From an uncultured Actinomycetota bacterium (lineage in GTDB: Bacteria; Actinomycetota; Actinomycetes; Streptosporangiales; Streptosporangiaceae): 64,000 bases of DNA. The DNA lies in NCBI GenBank assembly GCA_963795055.1, contig CAWCGJ010000026.1, forward strand, positions 38,074-102,073. Reading direction: 5' to 3'. The number at the start of each line of letters is the position of its first letter. The stretch's first letter is position 1. The translations under genes were made by a program, and so were the position numbers. This document shows positions 9,091 to 18,095 of the stretch, piece by piece. The notes under the pieces were generated by a model that had not been told where the DNA came from, searched no databases, and worked only from the letters and a program-made list of their open reading frames with translations.

Positions 9091-9885
9091 TCAGGCGTCG
9101 CGGCGGGCGAATAGCCAGCCGCCGATCCCGAGGACCACGGCCGCGTAGAGGGCGATGACCCCGAGGCCCGCCCAGGCCGAGAGGGGTTGGATGCACTGGG
9201 CGTTCGCCGAGCAGCCTTCGGGCCTCGTGGTGCTGAGCGAGTTTCCGACGATGAAGATCGGCAGGTACCTGGCCACGCCATGGCTGAACCCGCCGATCAT
9301 CGCCGGGGCCACGTACACCGCGCCGACGACCACGGCACCGGCCGCGGCCGAGTGCCTGACGATCGCCCCGAGCCCGAGGCCGATCAGGCCGACCAGGCAG
9401 AAGCTGGTGCCCGACAGCAGCACGGCGCGCAGGACACCCGGCTCGCCCAGCGTGGGTGCGGCGATGCCGTGCGATAGCGTGGCGCCACCCGCGAAGAACG
9501 AGATGAACGAGGCGGCCTCCCCGACGACCAGGGCCATCCCCCCGAACACCGCAGCCTTGGCCGCCAGCAGCCGCCACCGGCTGGGCGCCGCCGCCAGCGT
9601 GGACCGGATCAAGCCGGAGGAGTACTCGCTGGTCATCGTCAGTACGCCCAGAACGCTGGTCAGCAGGAGGGCCGGGATGATGCCGGCCAGGGCATTATTG
9701 GTCAGGTCGCTGTTCGCGTTCCTGGTGTTGATCCCGACGGTCACCCCGATGGCGATCGCTCCGGCCACGGTGATCACCAGCGTCCACCACGTGGAGCGCA
9801 GGCTGCGCAGCTTGATCCACTCCATCCGGGCCACGTGCCGGAACCGGTAGCGCCCGGAGGGGACCCGGGCGGTGATCGCGGTCAT
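9091..9885 (-). CDS. ABC-2 type transporter permease
   Basis: I place the true start at ATG 9885 (MTAITARVPSGRYRFRHVARMEWIKLRSLRSTWWTLVITVAG...), preceded by GGGAGG. The protein has six hydrophobic segments. The longer ORF-track start at 10152 is Arg/Gly-rich and overlaps the ATPase gene. Confidence 0.8.
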   Translation of the reverse strand: MTAITARVPSGRYRFRHVARMEWIKLRSLRSTWWTLVITVAGAIAIGVTVGINTRNANSDLTNNALAGIIPALLLTSVLGVLTMTSEYSSGLIRSTLAAAPSRWRLLAAKAAVFGGMALVVGEAASFISFFAGGATLSHGIAAPTLGEPGVLRAVLLSGTSFCLVGLIGLGLGAIVRHSAAAGAVVVGAVYVAPAMIGGFSHGVARYLPIFIVGNSLSTTRPEGCSANAQCIQPLSAWAGLGVIALYAAVVLGIGGWLFARRDA

Positions 9886-10643
9886 GGCCGTGCCTCCCTG
9901 GCCGAGGTTGCCGCCGTCGCGGACGGCCGCGCCGCCCGGTACTCGGTACTGGATTCGGTCAGCGCCAGGAAGGCCTCCTCCAGGGACGGCGCTCCGGCCG
10001 ACATCTGCGCGACCGAGGTGTCGGCCAGCAGCCTGCCCTGCCCGATGACGACCAGGTGCTCGGCCAGCAACGCCATCTCGCTGATCAGGTGGCTGGAGAC
10101 GAACACGGTGCGGCCCTCGGCGGCGAGCGAGCTCAGCAGGTCCCTGATCCACCGGATGCCGGCCGGGTCGAGCCCGTTGACCGGCTCGTCGAGCAACAGC
10201 ACCGGCGGGTCGCCCAGCAGGGCCGCGGCGAGACCGAGCCGCTGGCCCATGCCCAGGGAGAACTTCCCGGCCCGCCGGCGCGCGGCGTCTGCCAGGCCGA
10301 CCAGCCCCAGCACCTCGTCCACCCGGCGCCGCGGGATGTCGTTGCTGGCCGCGAGCGCGGCCAGGTGGTCGCGGGCGCTGCGGCCCGGGTGGAACGCCCT
10401 GGCCTCCAGCTGCGACCCAACCTCCCGCAGGGGCCAGCGCAGCTCGCGGAACCGGCGCCCGCCGATCCTGGCCGTCCCGGCGTCAGGCGCGTCCAGGCCC
10501 AGGATCAGCCGCATCGTGGTCGACTTGCCCGACCCATTGGCGCCGAGGAACCCGGTCACGGCCCCGGGCCGCACGTCAAAGCTGAGCGCGTCGACCGCGA
10601 GCGTGGGACCGTAGCGCTTGGTCAGATCACGGATCTCGATCAT
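9882..10643 (-). CDS. ABC transporter ATP-binding protein
   Basis: 253 aa from ATG 10643 (MIEIRDLTKRYGPTLAVDALSFDV...). It has Walker A GANGSGKST, the signature FSLGMGQRL, and Walker B VLLLDEP. The 846-aa ORF-track entry is an antisense extension across the neighbouring gene. Confidence 0.9.
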   Translation of the reverse strand: MIEIRDLTKRYGPTLAVDALSFDVRPGAVTGFLGANGSGKSTTMRLILGLDAPDAGTARIGGRRFRELRWPLREVGSQLEARAFHPGRSARDHLAALAASNDIPRRRVDEVLGLVGLADAARRRAGKFSLGMGQRLGLAAALLGDPPVLLLDEPVNGLDPAGIRWIRDLLSSLAAEGRTVFVSSHLISEMALLAEHLVVIGQGRLLADTSVAQMSAGAPSLEEAFLALTESSTEYRAARPSATAATSAREARP

Positions 10644-10817
10644 GAGCTTTCCTTCCCGTCCGAGCCATCCGAAGATCACGCTACGAACGGGGCGGCCCCG
10701 GCGGAACGCGGCTAACGCCCGTCTTCGCCTGGGGGAAATCCCCCAGGCAATGCCGGCCCGGCCGCCAGCCTGCCGTCGGTACGCTTTGTCGATGCCGAAC
10801 GAGACCGTCGCCGCGCC

Positions 10818-12410
10818 ATGAGCTGGCGACGCCGCCTGGCCGCCGGGCTGGCGGCCCTGGCCGGGCTGGCCTGGGCGGCCGGCGGAGCGTCCGCGGGCGC
10901 GTCCGCGGCCTCGCCGGGCCCGGCGAACGCGGTGTCCTGGACCGTCTACCACGACAGCCCGCAGGGCACCGGGGTCGCGGGCCCGGTGACCGCCGTCGAC
11001 ACCAGCACCCGGGTGTGGACCTCGCCCGCCCTCGACGGCGAGCTTTACGGCGAGCCCCTGGTCTTCGCCGGGCGCGTCTACGTGGCCACCGAGAACGACA
11101 CGGTGTACGCCCTGTCGGCCGCCACCGGCGCGGTGGCCTGGTCCGCCCATCTCGGCAGCCCGGTACCCTCCACGTCGCTGCCCTGCGGCGACATCACGCC
11201 CACCGTGGGCATCACCGGCACGCCGGTCATCGACCCGGCCCGCGCCGAGATCTTCGTGGTGGCCGACGAGATGGTGAACGGGAACCCGGCGCACATGCTG
11301 ACCGGCCTGGCCACCGCCACCGGCAAGACCGAGATGACTCAGGACGTGGACCCGGCCGGCGCCGATACCGCGGCGCTGCTGCAGCGCACCGGCCTGACCC
11401 TGGACGACGGCCGGGTGGTGTTCGGCATGGGCGGGAACTTCGGCGACTGCGCCAGCTACCGGGGCCGGGTGATCGCCGCCCCGGAGACCGGCGGGAGGCC
11501 GCGGACCTTCACGGTCGACGCCGCGCCCGACGAGTCGCAGGGCGCGGTCTGGATGGGCGGCGCGGCGCCGGTCGTGGACGACAGCGGTCACGTCTGGGTC
11601 AGCGTCGGCAACGGCTCGGTCTACTCGTCCTCGCACGCCTACGACGACAGCGACTCGGTGCTTGAGCTGTCGCCGACCATGCGGCTGCTGCAGTACTTCG
11701 CGCCCAGCAACTGGGCCGCGAACAACTCCCAGGACCTGGACATGTCCACCGCGCCGGTGCTGCTGCCCGACGGGCAGGTGATCCTGGCCGGCAAGTCCCG
11801 CATCGTCTACCTGCTGGACGGCGCGCACCTCGGCGGCATCGGCACGCAGCAGGCCACCCTCGGCTCGGCCTGCAGCAACGACATCGACGGCGGCATCGCG
11901 CTGTCCGGCATGACGGCGTACCTGCCCTGCTTCAGCGGCATCATCGCGGTGGGCGCGGGCCAGTCTCCGCCCGCTCTGCACCTGTTGTGGAGTTCCGCAA
12001 CGGGAGGCGGCCCGCCGATCCTGGCCGCCGGCCTGCTCTGGACCATCGGCCAGAACGGCACGCTGTACGGGCTCGACCCGGCGACCGGCGCGATACGTCA
12101 GCAGGCGTCGATCGGCGCGGTGGCCAACCACTTCCCGACCCCGGCCGTGGCCGACGGGCTCATGCTGGCCCCGGCCGCGCGGGACGTGATCGCGTTCGCC
12201 GCGCCCGGCCCGGGGACGGCGGCGCCCGCCACCCCGACCGCGCCGCCGAGCACGGCGGGCCCGCCGAGTTCTCCGGCCAGCCAGCCGGAGCCGCCGGCCG
12301 CCAGCGGCGGCCTTCCGGCGGGCATCGTGGCGGGCATCGCGGTCGGCGGGCTCATCGTGGTCGGCGGGCTGGCCTGGCTGTTGTGGCGGCGGGCGACCGG
12401 CCACAATTAG
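10818..12410 (+). CDS. secreted PQQ-like beta-propeller repeat protein with a C-terminal membrane anchor
   Basis: 530 aa. It has a signal peptide (LAALAGLAWAAGGASA) and repeated propeller motifs (VYVATENDTVYALSAATGAVAWS; GTLYGLDPATGAI). A Pro-rich linker and a terminal TM helix (IVAGIAVGGLIVVGGLAWLLW) follow. Confidence 0.75.
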   Translation: MSWRRRLAAGLAALAGLAWAAGGASAGASAASPGPANAVSWTVYHDSPQGTGVAGPVTAVDTSTRVWTSPALDGELYGEPLVFAGRVYVATENDTVYALSAATGAVAWSAHLGSPVPSTSLPCGDITPTVGITGTPVIDPARAEIFVVADEMVNGNPAHMLTGLATATGKTEMTQDVDPAGADTAALLQRTGLTLDDGRVVFGMGGNFGDCASYRGRVIAAPETGGRPRTFTVDAAPDESQGAVWMGGAAPVVDDSGHVWVSVGNGSVYSSSHAYDDSDSVLELSPTMRLLQYFAPSNWAANNSQDLDMSTAPVLLPDGQVILAGKSRIVYLLDGAHLGGIGTQQATLGSACSNDIDGGIALSGMTAYLPCFSGIIAVGAGQSPPALHLLWSSATGGGPPILAAGLLWTIGQNGTLYGLDPATGAIRQQASIGAVANHFPTPAVADGLMLAPAARDVIAFAAPGPGTAAPATPTAPPSTAGPPSSPASQPEPPAASGGLPAGIVAGIAVGGLIVVGGLAWLLWRRATGHN

Positions 12411-12438
12411 CGGAAGCCTCACCTAGCCCGGAGGTCCC

Positions 12439-13317
12439 GTGCGCTTCTCCTACGCCGAGTCGATGACCAGCCCGGCCTACTACGCGCCGCTCGCGCGGGC
12501 CGCCGAGGACAGCGGCTACGACTCGATGGTGGTGCCCGACTCCATCTGCTATCCCGAACGCTCCGACAGCGTCTACCCGTTCAACCCCGACGGCACCCGG
12601 GAGTTCCTCGAGGACAAGCCGTTCCTTGAGCCGTTCTCGCTGATCCCCGCGCTGGGCGCGGTCACCGAGCGGCTGCGGTTCATCACGTTCGTGCTGAAGC
12701 TCCCGGTGCGCAACCCGGTGCTGGTCGCCAAGCAGGCGACCTCGACGGCCGTGCTCACCGGTAACCGGCTGGTCCTGGGGGTGGGCAGCAGCCCGTGGCG
12801 GGAGGACTACGAGGTGCTGGGCGTGCCGTGGGAGGGCCGGGGGCGGCGGATGGACGAGGAACTGGCCATCATCCGCGGGCTGTCGGCCGGGGGGTACTTC
12901 GCCTTCCACGGGGAGATATTCAACGTGCCACCGGTCAAGATGGCGCCCGTGCCGAGCGAGCCGGTCCCGATCCTGGTCGGCGGGCACGGGGACGCCGCGC
13001 TGCGCCGCGCCGCGCGGTCCGCGGACGGCTGGCTGCACGGCGGCGGAGACCCGGCCGACCTGCCCGGCCTGCTCGCCCGGCTGGCCGAGTTCCGCCGCCA
13101 GGAGGGCACCACGGACCGTCCATTCGAAGTACACGTGATCTCCATGGACGCCTATAGCGTGGATGGTGTCCGCCGGCTGGAGGACCAGGGGGTGACCGAC
13201 GCGATCGTCGGCTTCCGCTGGCCGTACCAGGTCGGCCCGGACACCGAGCCGCTGGCCGAGAAGATCGCGAAGCTGCGCCGGTTCGCCGACACCGTGATCG
13301 CCAAGGCCAGGGGCTGA
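12439..13317 (+). CDS. LLM-class (luciferase-like) oxidoreductase, probably F420-dependent
   Basis: 292 aa with a GTG start after GGAGG. The sequence (YDSMVVPDS...LRFITFVLKLPVRNPVLVAKQATS...GRLVLGVGSSPWREDYEV) matches, from memory, the actinobacterial F420-dependent LLM subfamily. Confidence 0.8.
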   Translation: MRFSYAESMTSPAYYAPLARAAEDSGYDSMVVPDSICYPERSDSVYPFNPDGTREFLEDKPFLEPFSLIPALGAVTERLRFITFVLKLPVRNPVLVAKQATSTAVLTGNRLVLGVGSSPWREDYEVLGVPWEGRGRRMDEELAIIRGLSAGGYFAFHGEIFNVPPVKMAPVPSEPVPILVGGHGDAALRRAARSADGWLHGGGDPADLPGLLARLAEFRRQEGTTDRPFEVHVISMDAYSVDGVRRLEDQGVTDAIVGFRWPYQVGPDTEPLAEKIAKLRRFADTVIAKARG

Positions 13318-13462
13318 CCGCGGGCGGGACCACGCACCGCGGCTAAGCCGGCGGCGCGCACAATTAAGGCATACGCCCGATGCGGGCGGCCGGATCTTAC
13401 GGCGACGGTTGAAGAGCCAGGGGCACAGCAGCCCCTCTCCCGCAGAAGGAGGAACCGACGCG

Positions 13463-13687
13463 ATGAACACAACTCTGCGGACGCTGGCGCGGCGGGTCGG
13501 CGCCGTGATCGCCGACTACAACTACGCCCAGCACCGGCTCACCCTGCTCCAGAGCAATCCCGATCACTACGTGTACGCCCCGAACCGGGCGCCCGACACC
13601 TACCAGGATTTCCTGTTCCGTACGGCCGGCCCGCTCGAGCATGAGCCCCCCGCCGCGGCCCGTTACGGAAAGCGGGAAGCCGGTTAG
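13463..13687 (+). CDS. small hypothetical protein (74 aa)
   Basis: ATG 13463 is preceded by AAGGAGG at good spacing. The protein is MNTTLRTLARRVGAVIADYNYAQHRLTLLQSNPDHYVYAPNRAPDTYQDFLFRTAGPLEHEP... I recognise no domain. Confidence 0.5.
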   Translation: MNTTLRTLARRVGAVIADYNYAQHRLTLLQSNPDHYVYAPNRAPDTYQDFLFRTAGPLEHEPPAAARYGKREAG

Positions 13688-15213
13688 GACCGGTGAACCT
13701 TTTCATCCTCCCCATCCCTGCCCACGCGCTCTGAGCCTGACATCAGCGGATGAAAGGGTTCATCCTCTAGCACCGCGCGCAAGCGGGTGACCGCGGTGGT
13801 GAACGCGTGCGCCGGCGGGGTCCCGTACCCCAGCACGAGCGCCTCGGGATGGGCGATCCCGGCCGGCCGGAAGTTGCGCATCCCGTCCAGCGCGAGGCCG
13901 CGTCCGGCCGCTGCGGCCACCACGTCGGCCTCGCGCTGGCCCGGCGCCAGGTGCAGGACCGCGTGCAGGCCCGCAGCCAGCCCGGTGACGCGGACCCCGG
14001 GCCGGACCGGGGCCAGGGCGCTGATGAGCCGGTCACGGCGGCGGCGGTAACGCAGCCGGGAGCGCCGCACGTGCCGGTCGTACCCGCCGGAGGCGATGAG
14101 CTCGGCCAGGGTCAGCTCGTCCAGGCTGCTGCCGTGCCGGTCGCTGAGCGACTTGGCCTCCACGACGTCCGCCAGCAGCCGGGCGGGCAGCACCAGCCAG
14201 GCCAGCCGGACCGCGGGCGACAGCGTCTTGCTGGCCGTGCCCGCGTAGACGACGTGCTCGGGGGCGAGCGCCTGCAAGCAGGCGATCGCGCGCCGGTCGT
14301 AACGGAACTCGCCGTCATAGTCGTCCTCGATCACCACGCCCCCGGTCCGGGCGGCCCACTGCACCGCCTGGCTGCGGCGCCGGGGGGCCAGCGGCACGCC
14401 CAGCGGGAACTGATGTGATGGGGTCAGCAGCACCGCCCCGGCGCCCGGAATCTCGCCGACGGCATCGATGACGGCGCCGTGATCGTCTACCGGGACCGGC
14501 CGGGCCGGCAGGCCCTGCGCCGCGATGACGTCGCGGTGGTGCAGGTGCCCGTACGCCTCTACCGCGATGGCCGCCGCGCCGGACGCGGCCAGGACCCGGC
14601 CGAGTAGCGCCAGGCCCTGGGTGAACCCCGAGCAGATCACGATCTGGTCCGGAGTCGCTCGCACCCCGCGCGCCCGGGCCAGGTAGGAGGCCAGCTCCGC
14701 GCGAAGCTCGCGCCGCCCGCGCGGGTCGCCGTAGCCGAACGCCGCCGATGGCGCGGCCGACACCGCGCGGCGGGCCGCCGCCAGCCAGGCGGCGCGCGGG
14801 AACTCGCCCAGGTCGGGCAGCCCGGGCCGCAGGTCGTAGCGCGGCGCCGATCGCTCCAGCCGCGCCTCGGCGGTCACCGCGCCCGGGGGCGTGACGTGCT
14901 CGGCGACGCGGGTCCCCGAGCCCTGCCGGGCGGTCAGCCAGCCCTCGGCGACCAGCTGGCCGTAGGCGTCGGCGACCGTGTTGCGCGCGACGCCCAGATC
15001 GGCGGCGAGCGTCCGGGTGGCCGGCAGCCGCGTCCCGGCGGTCAGCCGGCCGGTCTGTACCGCCTGCCGCAGGGCGGTCTCGAGCGCGGCCCGCACCCGC
15101 GGCCCGGTCAGCTCCAGGTGCAGGTCAAGCCCGGCGGTCGACGGTATGACCGCGGCGTCAGCGGCGATGCCGACGTCGGCGTCGCTCTTCGAATTGGCCC
15201 ATGAACTATCCAT
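13684..15213 (-). CDS. MocR/PdxR-like GntR-family regulator (wHTH plus aminotransferase-like domain)
   Basis: 509 aa. It has a GntR wHTH (LPATRTLAADLGVARNTVADAYGQLVAEGWL) followed by a fold-type-I aminotransferase-like domain. The last ~25 codons (EDEPFHPLMSGSERVGRDGEDEKVHRS) are encoded by the palindromic repeat at 13691-13765, so the native C-terminus is probably altered. Confidence 0.85.
   Translation of the reverse strand: MDSSWANSKSDADVGIAADAAVIPSTAGLDLHLELTGPRVRAALETALRQAVQTGRLTAGTRLPATRTLAADLGVARNTVADAYGQLVAEGWLTARQGSGTRVAEHVTPPGAVTAEARLERSAPRYDLRPGLPDLGEFPRAAWLAAARRAVSAAPSAAFGYGDPRGRRELRAELASYLARARGVRATPDQIVICSGFTQGLALLGRVLAASGAAAIAVEAYGHLHHRDVIAAQGLPARPVPVDDHGAVIDAVGEIPGAGAVLLTPSHQFPLGVPLAPRRRSQAVQWAARTGGVVIEDDYDGEFRYDRRAIACLQALAPEHVVYAGTASKTLSPAVRLAWLVLPARLLADVVEAKSLSDRHGSSLDELTLAELIASGGYDRHVRRSRLRYRRRRDRLISALAPVRPGVRVTGLAAGLHAVLHLAPGQREADVVAAAAGRGLALDGMRNFRPAGIAHPEALVLGYGTPPAHAFTTAVTRLRAVLEDEPFHPLMSGSERVGRDGEDEKVHRS
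13691..13765. repeat. 75-bp double-palindrome element, copy 1
   Basis: CGGTGAA-CCTT-TTCATCC (13691-13708) and GGATGAA-AGGG-TTCATCC (13748-13765) are separated by a spacer that starts with TCCCCAT. The reverse complement of 29731-29807 aligns along the whole length. Confidence 0.8.
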
Positions 15214-15260
15214 ATGAATGGACCATAGTACTGGGCCTAATGCTGGCTACCGTGGAGGTC

Positions 15261-15764
15261 ATGACGACATCGACCATCACGGCAGACTCCGCGACGCAGA
15301 TCCCGGCCCGGCTCGACTTCGACGCGCACGCGCCGGCGTTCGCCAAGGCCATGGGTCACCTGGACCACGCCGCCACCAAGGAACTCGACCGCGTCGACTT
15401 CGATCCCAAGCTGCGCGAACTGGTCCGCGTCCGCGCCTCCCAGCTCAACGGCTGCGCCTACTGCATCGACATGCACACCAAGGACGCCCGCGCGATCGGC
15501 GAGACCGAGCAGCGCCTCTACGGACTGGCCGCGTGGCGCGAGACCCCGTACTTCACCGCGCGCGAGCGCGCGGCGCTCGCATTTACCGAAGCCGTGACGC
15601 TGCTCGCCGGCACCCACGTCCCGGCCGCCGACTACGAGGCGGTCGCGGCCCAGTTCTCGCCGGACGAGATCGCCGCGCTGCTCAGCCTGATCGTCACCAT
15701 CAACGCCTGGAACGCCATCGCGGTCAGCTCGCGCGCCTGGGTGCCCGGCTCCTACCAGCCCTGA
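15261..15764 (+). CDS. carboxymuconolactone decarboxylase (AhpD-like) family protein
   Basis: 167 aa from ATG 15261 (GGAGG upstream). It has the AhpD-type CxxC motif (LNGCAYCIDMHTKDA) and the ERAALAFTEAVT pattern. It is divergent from the MocR-like regulator. Confidence 0.85.
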   Translation: MTTSTITADSATQIPARLDFDAHAPAFAKAMGHLDHAATKELDRVDFDPKLRELVRVRASQLNGCAYCIDMHTKDARAIGETEQRLYGLAAWRETPYFTARERAALAFTEAVTLLAGTHVPAADYEAVAAQFSPDEIAALLSLIVTINAWNAIAVSSRAWVPGSYQP

Positions 15765-15776
15765 GACAATCGTCCG

Positions 15777-16610
15777 GTGACTTCGCCATCCGACGCGCCC
15801 AGCTCCGCGCTGGCCGACCGCTTCCTCGCGCTGCACCGCCCCGGCCAGCCGCTGCTGCTGCCGAACCCGTGGGACGCAGGGTCCGCCCGGATCCTGGCCT
15901 CGATGGGCTTCGCGGCCCTGGCCACCACCAGCAGCGGCTTCGCCGCCACCCTCGGCCGGCCGGACGGAGCCGTCACCCGGACTCAGGCCATCGGGCACGC
16001 CGCCGAGATCGTACGGGCGACCCCCCTGCCGGTGTCGGCCGACCTGGAGAACGGGTTCGCGGACGACCCGCAGGGCGTGGCCGCCACCGTGGCCGCGGCA
16101 ATCCGGGCCGGGCTGGCGGGCTGCTCGATCGAGGACTTCAGCGGGCGCGACGACGCGCCGATCTACGACGCCTCCCTGGCGGCGGAGCGGGTGGCGGCGG
16201 CCGCCGAGGCGGCCCACTCCGGTTCGCAGCGCCTGGTGCTCACCGCGCGCGCGGAGAACCACATCCGCGGCCGGGACGACCTGGCCGACACCATCGCCCG
16301 GCTGCAGAGTTACGCCGAGGCGGGCGCCGACGTGCTGTACGCCCCCGGGCTGACCCGGGCGCGCGACATCCGGGAGGTCGTCCGCTCGGCCGACCGGCCG
16401 GTCAACGTCCTCGCGCTGGCCGACGCGCCGACCGTCGCCGAGCTGGCCGAGCTCGGCGTGGCCCGGATTTCGGTCGGCGGCGCGTTCGCCTTCGCCGCGC
16501 TCGGCGCGCTGGCCGACGCGGCCCGGGAGCTGCAGACCGCTGGCACCTACGGCTTCTGGCGCAACGCCGCTACCGGGCGACAGGCCGCCCGCGCCGCGTT
16601 CCGGGCTTAA
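15777..16610 (+). CDS. isocitrate lyase / PEP mutase family protein (2-methylisocitrate-lyase-like)
   Basis: 277 aa. Motifs LLLPNPWDAGSARILASMGFAALATTSSGFA ... PVSADLENGF ... AGCSIED are typical of the ICL/PEPM superfamily. Confidence 0.85.
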   Translation: MTSPSDAPSSALADRFLALHRPGQPLLLPNPWDAGSARILASMGFAALATTSSGFAATLGRPDGAVTRTQAIGHAAEIVRATPLPVSADLENGFADDPQGVAATVAAAIRAGLAGCSIEDFSGRDDAPIYDASLAAERVAAAAEAAHSGSQRLVLTARAENHIRGRDDLADTIARLQSYAEAGADVLYAPGLTRARDIREVVRSADRPVNVLALADAPTVAELAELGVARISVGGAFAFAALGALADAARELQTAGTYGFWRNAATGRQAARAAFRA

Positions 16611-16637
16611 CACCGGTCAGCTTGTCCTGACTCGGGC

Positions 16638-17612
16638 TCAGGACGGCAGGCGGAACCGCGCGTACAGGGCCTTGTGGTCGCTGCCCGGCACTCGGTGCGT
16701 CGACGTGGTGAGCACCGCGCAGCGCGGGTCGACCAAGACGTGATCGAAGGCCAGCAGGGCCGGGCGGCCCCGCGGCTCCGGCCCCCAGGTGGGCACCAGC
16801 CCGTGGCCCACCTGGCTGGCCGCGTCGACGTGCCCCAGGCGCAGCAGCCGGCGGAACTGCACGTGATCGAGCGTGGCGTTGAAGTCGCCGGCCAGCACCA
16901 CCGGCGGGTCGCCCGCCGGCGGCAGGGCCGCCAGCTCGGCGCGCCAGCGCGGGGCGGACGGTAGGTTCCAGGGCGGCATCGGCGGGTGCGGGTGCACGCA
17001 GACCAGGTGCACGGACGCCCCGGACGGCAGGTCGAGCCGCGCGGTGGGCTGGGAGGCGTAGCTGGGTCCGATGGCCAGGCCATCGCGCAGCGGGTAGCGG
17101 GCGTAGATGCCACTGCCCCGGTAGCGGTATTCCTCGACGTCGAGCATCTCGTTGGGCAGCATCTCGCCCAGCCCGGCCAGCTTCAACCGGGTCACCGCGT
17201 CGCCGGTGAGTTCCTGGAGAAACAGCACGTCAGCGCCGGTCCTGCGGGCGAGCCGGACCAGCCCCTCCCCCGCCGCCCGGCCGTACTGCAGGTTGACCGT
17301 CAGCACGCTCAGCACGGGCCCGGACGCGGCGGGCTGCCGACGCGCGATCGCGCGGGGCGCCACGACCGCGGTCAGCGCCGCCGCGGCCAGCCCGGCGGTC
17401 GCGGACGGCCAGCGGCCGCGCAGCGCGACCGCGGCCAGCCCGGCTCCGGCGGCGGCCTGCGGGGTGAAGGACAGCAACGGCACGGCCGCCCGCTCCAGCG
17501 GGCGGAACCGATCGGCGGCCGTCAGGCGGGCCACCGCCCATCCGGCGATGCAACCCGCGACGGCCCACTCCAGGCGGGGCGAAGGCATTGCCTCATAGTG
17601 GCACGCGCGCAC
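16638..17612 (-). CDS. membrane-anchored endonuclease/exonuclease/phosphatase (EEP) family protein
   Basis: 324 aa. N-terminal TM helices are followed by EEP motifs (LTVNLQYG, DVLFLQELT, VLAGDFNAT, FDHVLV). Confidence 0.8.
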   Translation of the reverse strand: MRACHYEAMPSPRLEWAVAGCIAGWAVARLTAADRFRPLERAAVPLLSFTPQAAAGAGLAAVALRGRWPSATAGLAAAALTAVVAPRAIARRQPAASGPVLSVLTVNLQYGRAAGEGLVRLARRTGADVLFLQELTGDAVTRLKLAGLGEMLPNEMLDVEEYRYRGSGIYARYPLRDGLAIGPSYASQPTARLDLPSGASVHLVCVHPHPPMPPWNLPSAPRWRAELAALPPAGDPPVVLAGDFNATLDHVQFRRLLRLGHVDAASQVGHGLVPTWGPEPRGRPALLAFDHVLVDPRCAVLTTSTHRVPGSDHKALYARFRLPS

Positions 17613-17677
17613 GCGAAATTGGGCCGCCGACCCACCGCGGTCCGGACCGGCTGACCTGGGTCAGCCCCTAGCGCTCG

Positions 17678-17920
17678 TCAGGGGGCCGAGGGGGCCGGCT
17701 TGGGGAAATCCCGTGCCGGAGCTGGAGGCGGTGGTTTGGGCATGTAGCAAGGCATCAACTGTGCGTCCTGGCCGGCCGACTTCATCATCTGACACTGCGA
17801 CTGGTTGATCCGCCACTGCAGATGTCCGGCCGTAGCCTGCCCGGGCAACCCGATGACCGCCAAGACCATGACCACGCCCGCGCCAGCGAAGATGACGTCG
17901 CGCAGGATCCCGTTCCTCAT
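17678..17920 (-). CDS. small hypothetical secreted/membrane protein (80 aa)
   Basis: It has an N-terminal hydrophobic segment (VIFAGAGVVMVLAVIGLPGQATA), a Pro-rich tail and good third-position GC. The RBS spacing is poor (GGAG only 1 nt from the ATG). Confidence 0.4.
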   Translation of the reverse strand: MRNGILRDVIFAGAGVVMVLAVIGLPGQATAGHLQWRINQSQCQMMKSAGQDAQLMPCYMPKPPPPAPARDFPKPAPSAP

Positions 17921-18095
17921 GCTCCATTAACTACCGGACGGGGCCAGAAGTGCCAGCGCTTTCGCCCGAACGGCTGCATCGGTCCCCGTGGCAGGCGCCT
18001 TCTGCGGCCAGGGGCGCCGCCCGGCTGGCGCTGGTCAGCGAAGGGAGCTTCGCCATGAGGCGCTAGGCTCGGTCCGATGCGAGGGCAAGGCGGGC

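Noticed and set aside
6992-10643. ABC-2 exporter plus HisKA_3 kinase plus NarL-type regulator as a novel system
   Set aside because: This four-gene arrangement, with overlapping stop/start codons, is a very common actinobacterial module, presumed to be involved in envelope-stress or antimicrobial efflux. Nothing about it is unusual here.
9882-12422. 846-aa minus-strand ORF, the longest in the track
   Set aside because: Only the last 253 codons (from ATG 10643) are a real ABC ATPase. The upstream 590 codons are Arg/Gly/Pro-rich and run antisense to the well-supported PQQ-propeller gene (10818-12410). This is the typical shadow ORF of a high-GC genome.
15218-16630. 470-aa plus-strand and 458-aa minus-strand ORFs spanning two genes
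   Set aside because: They are shadow frames over the CMD-family and ICL/PEP-mutase genes and lack any domain signatures.
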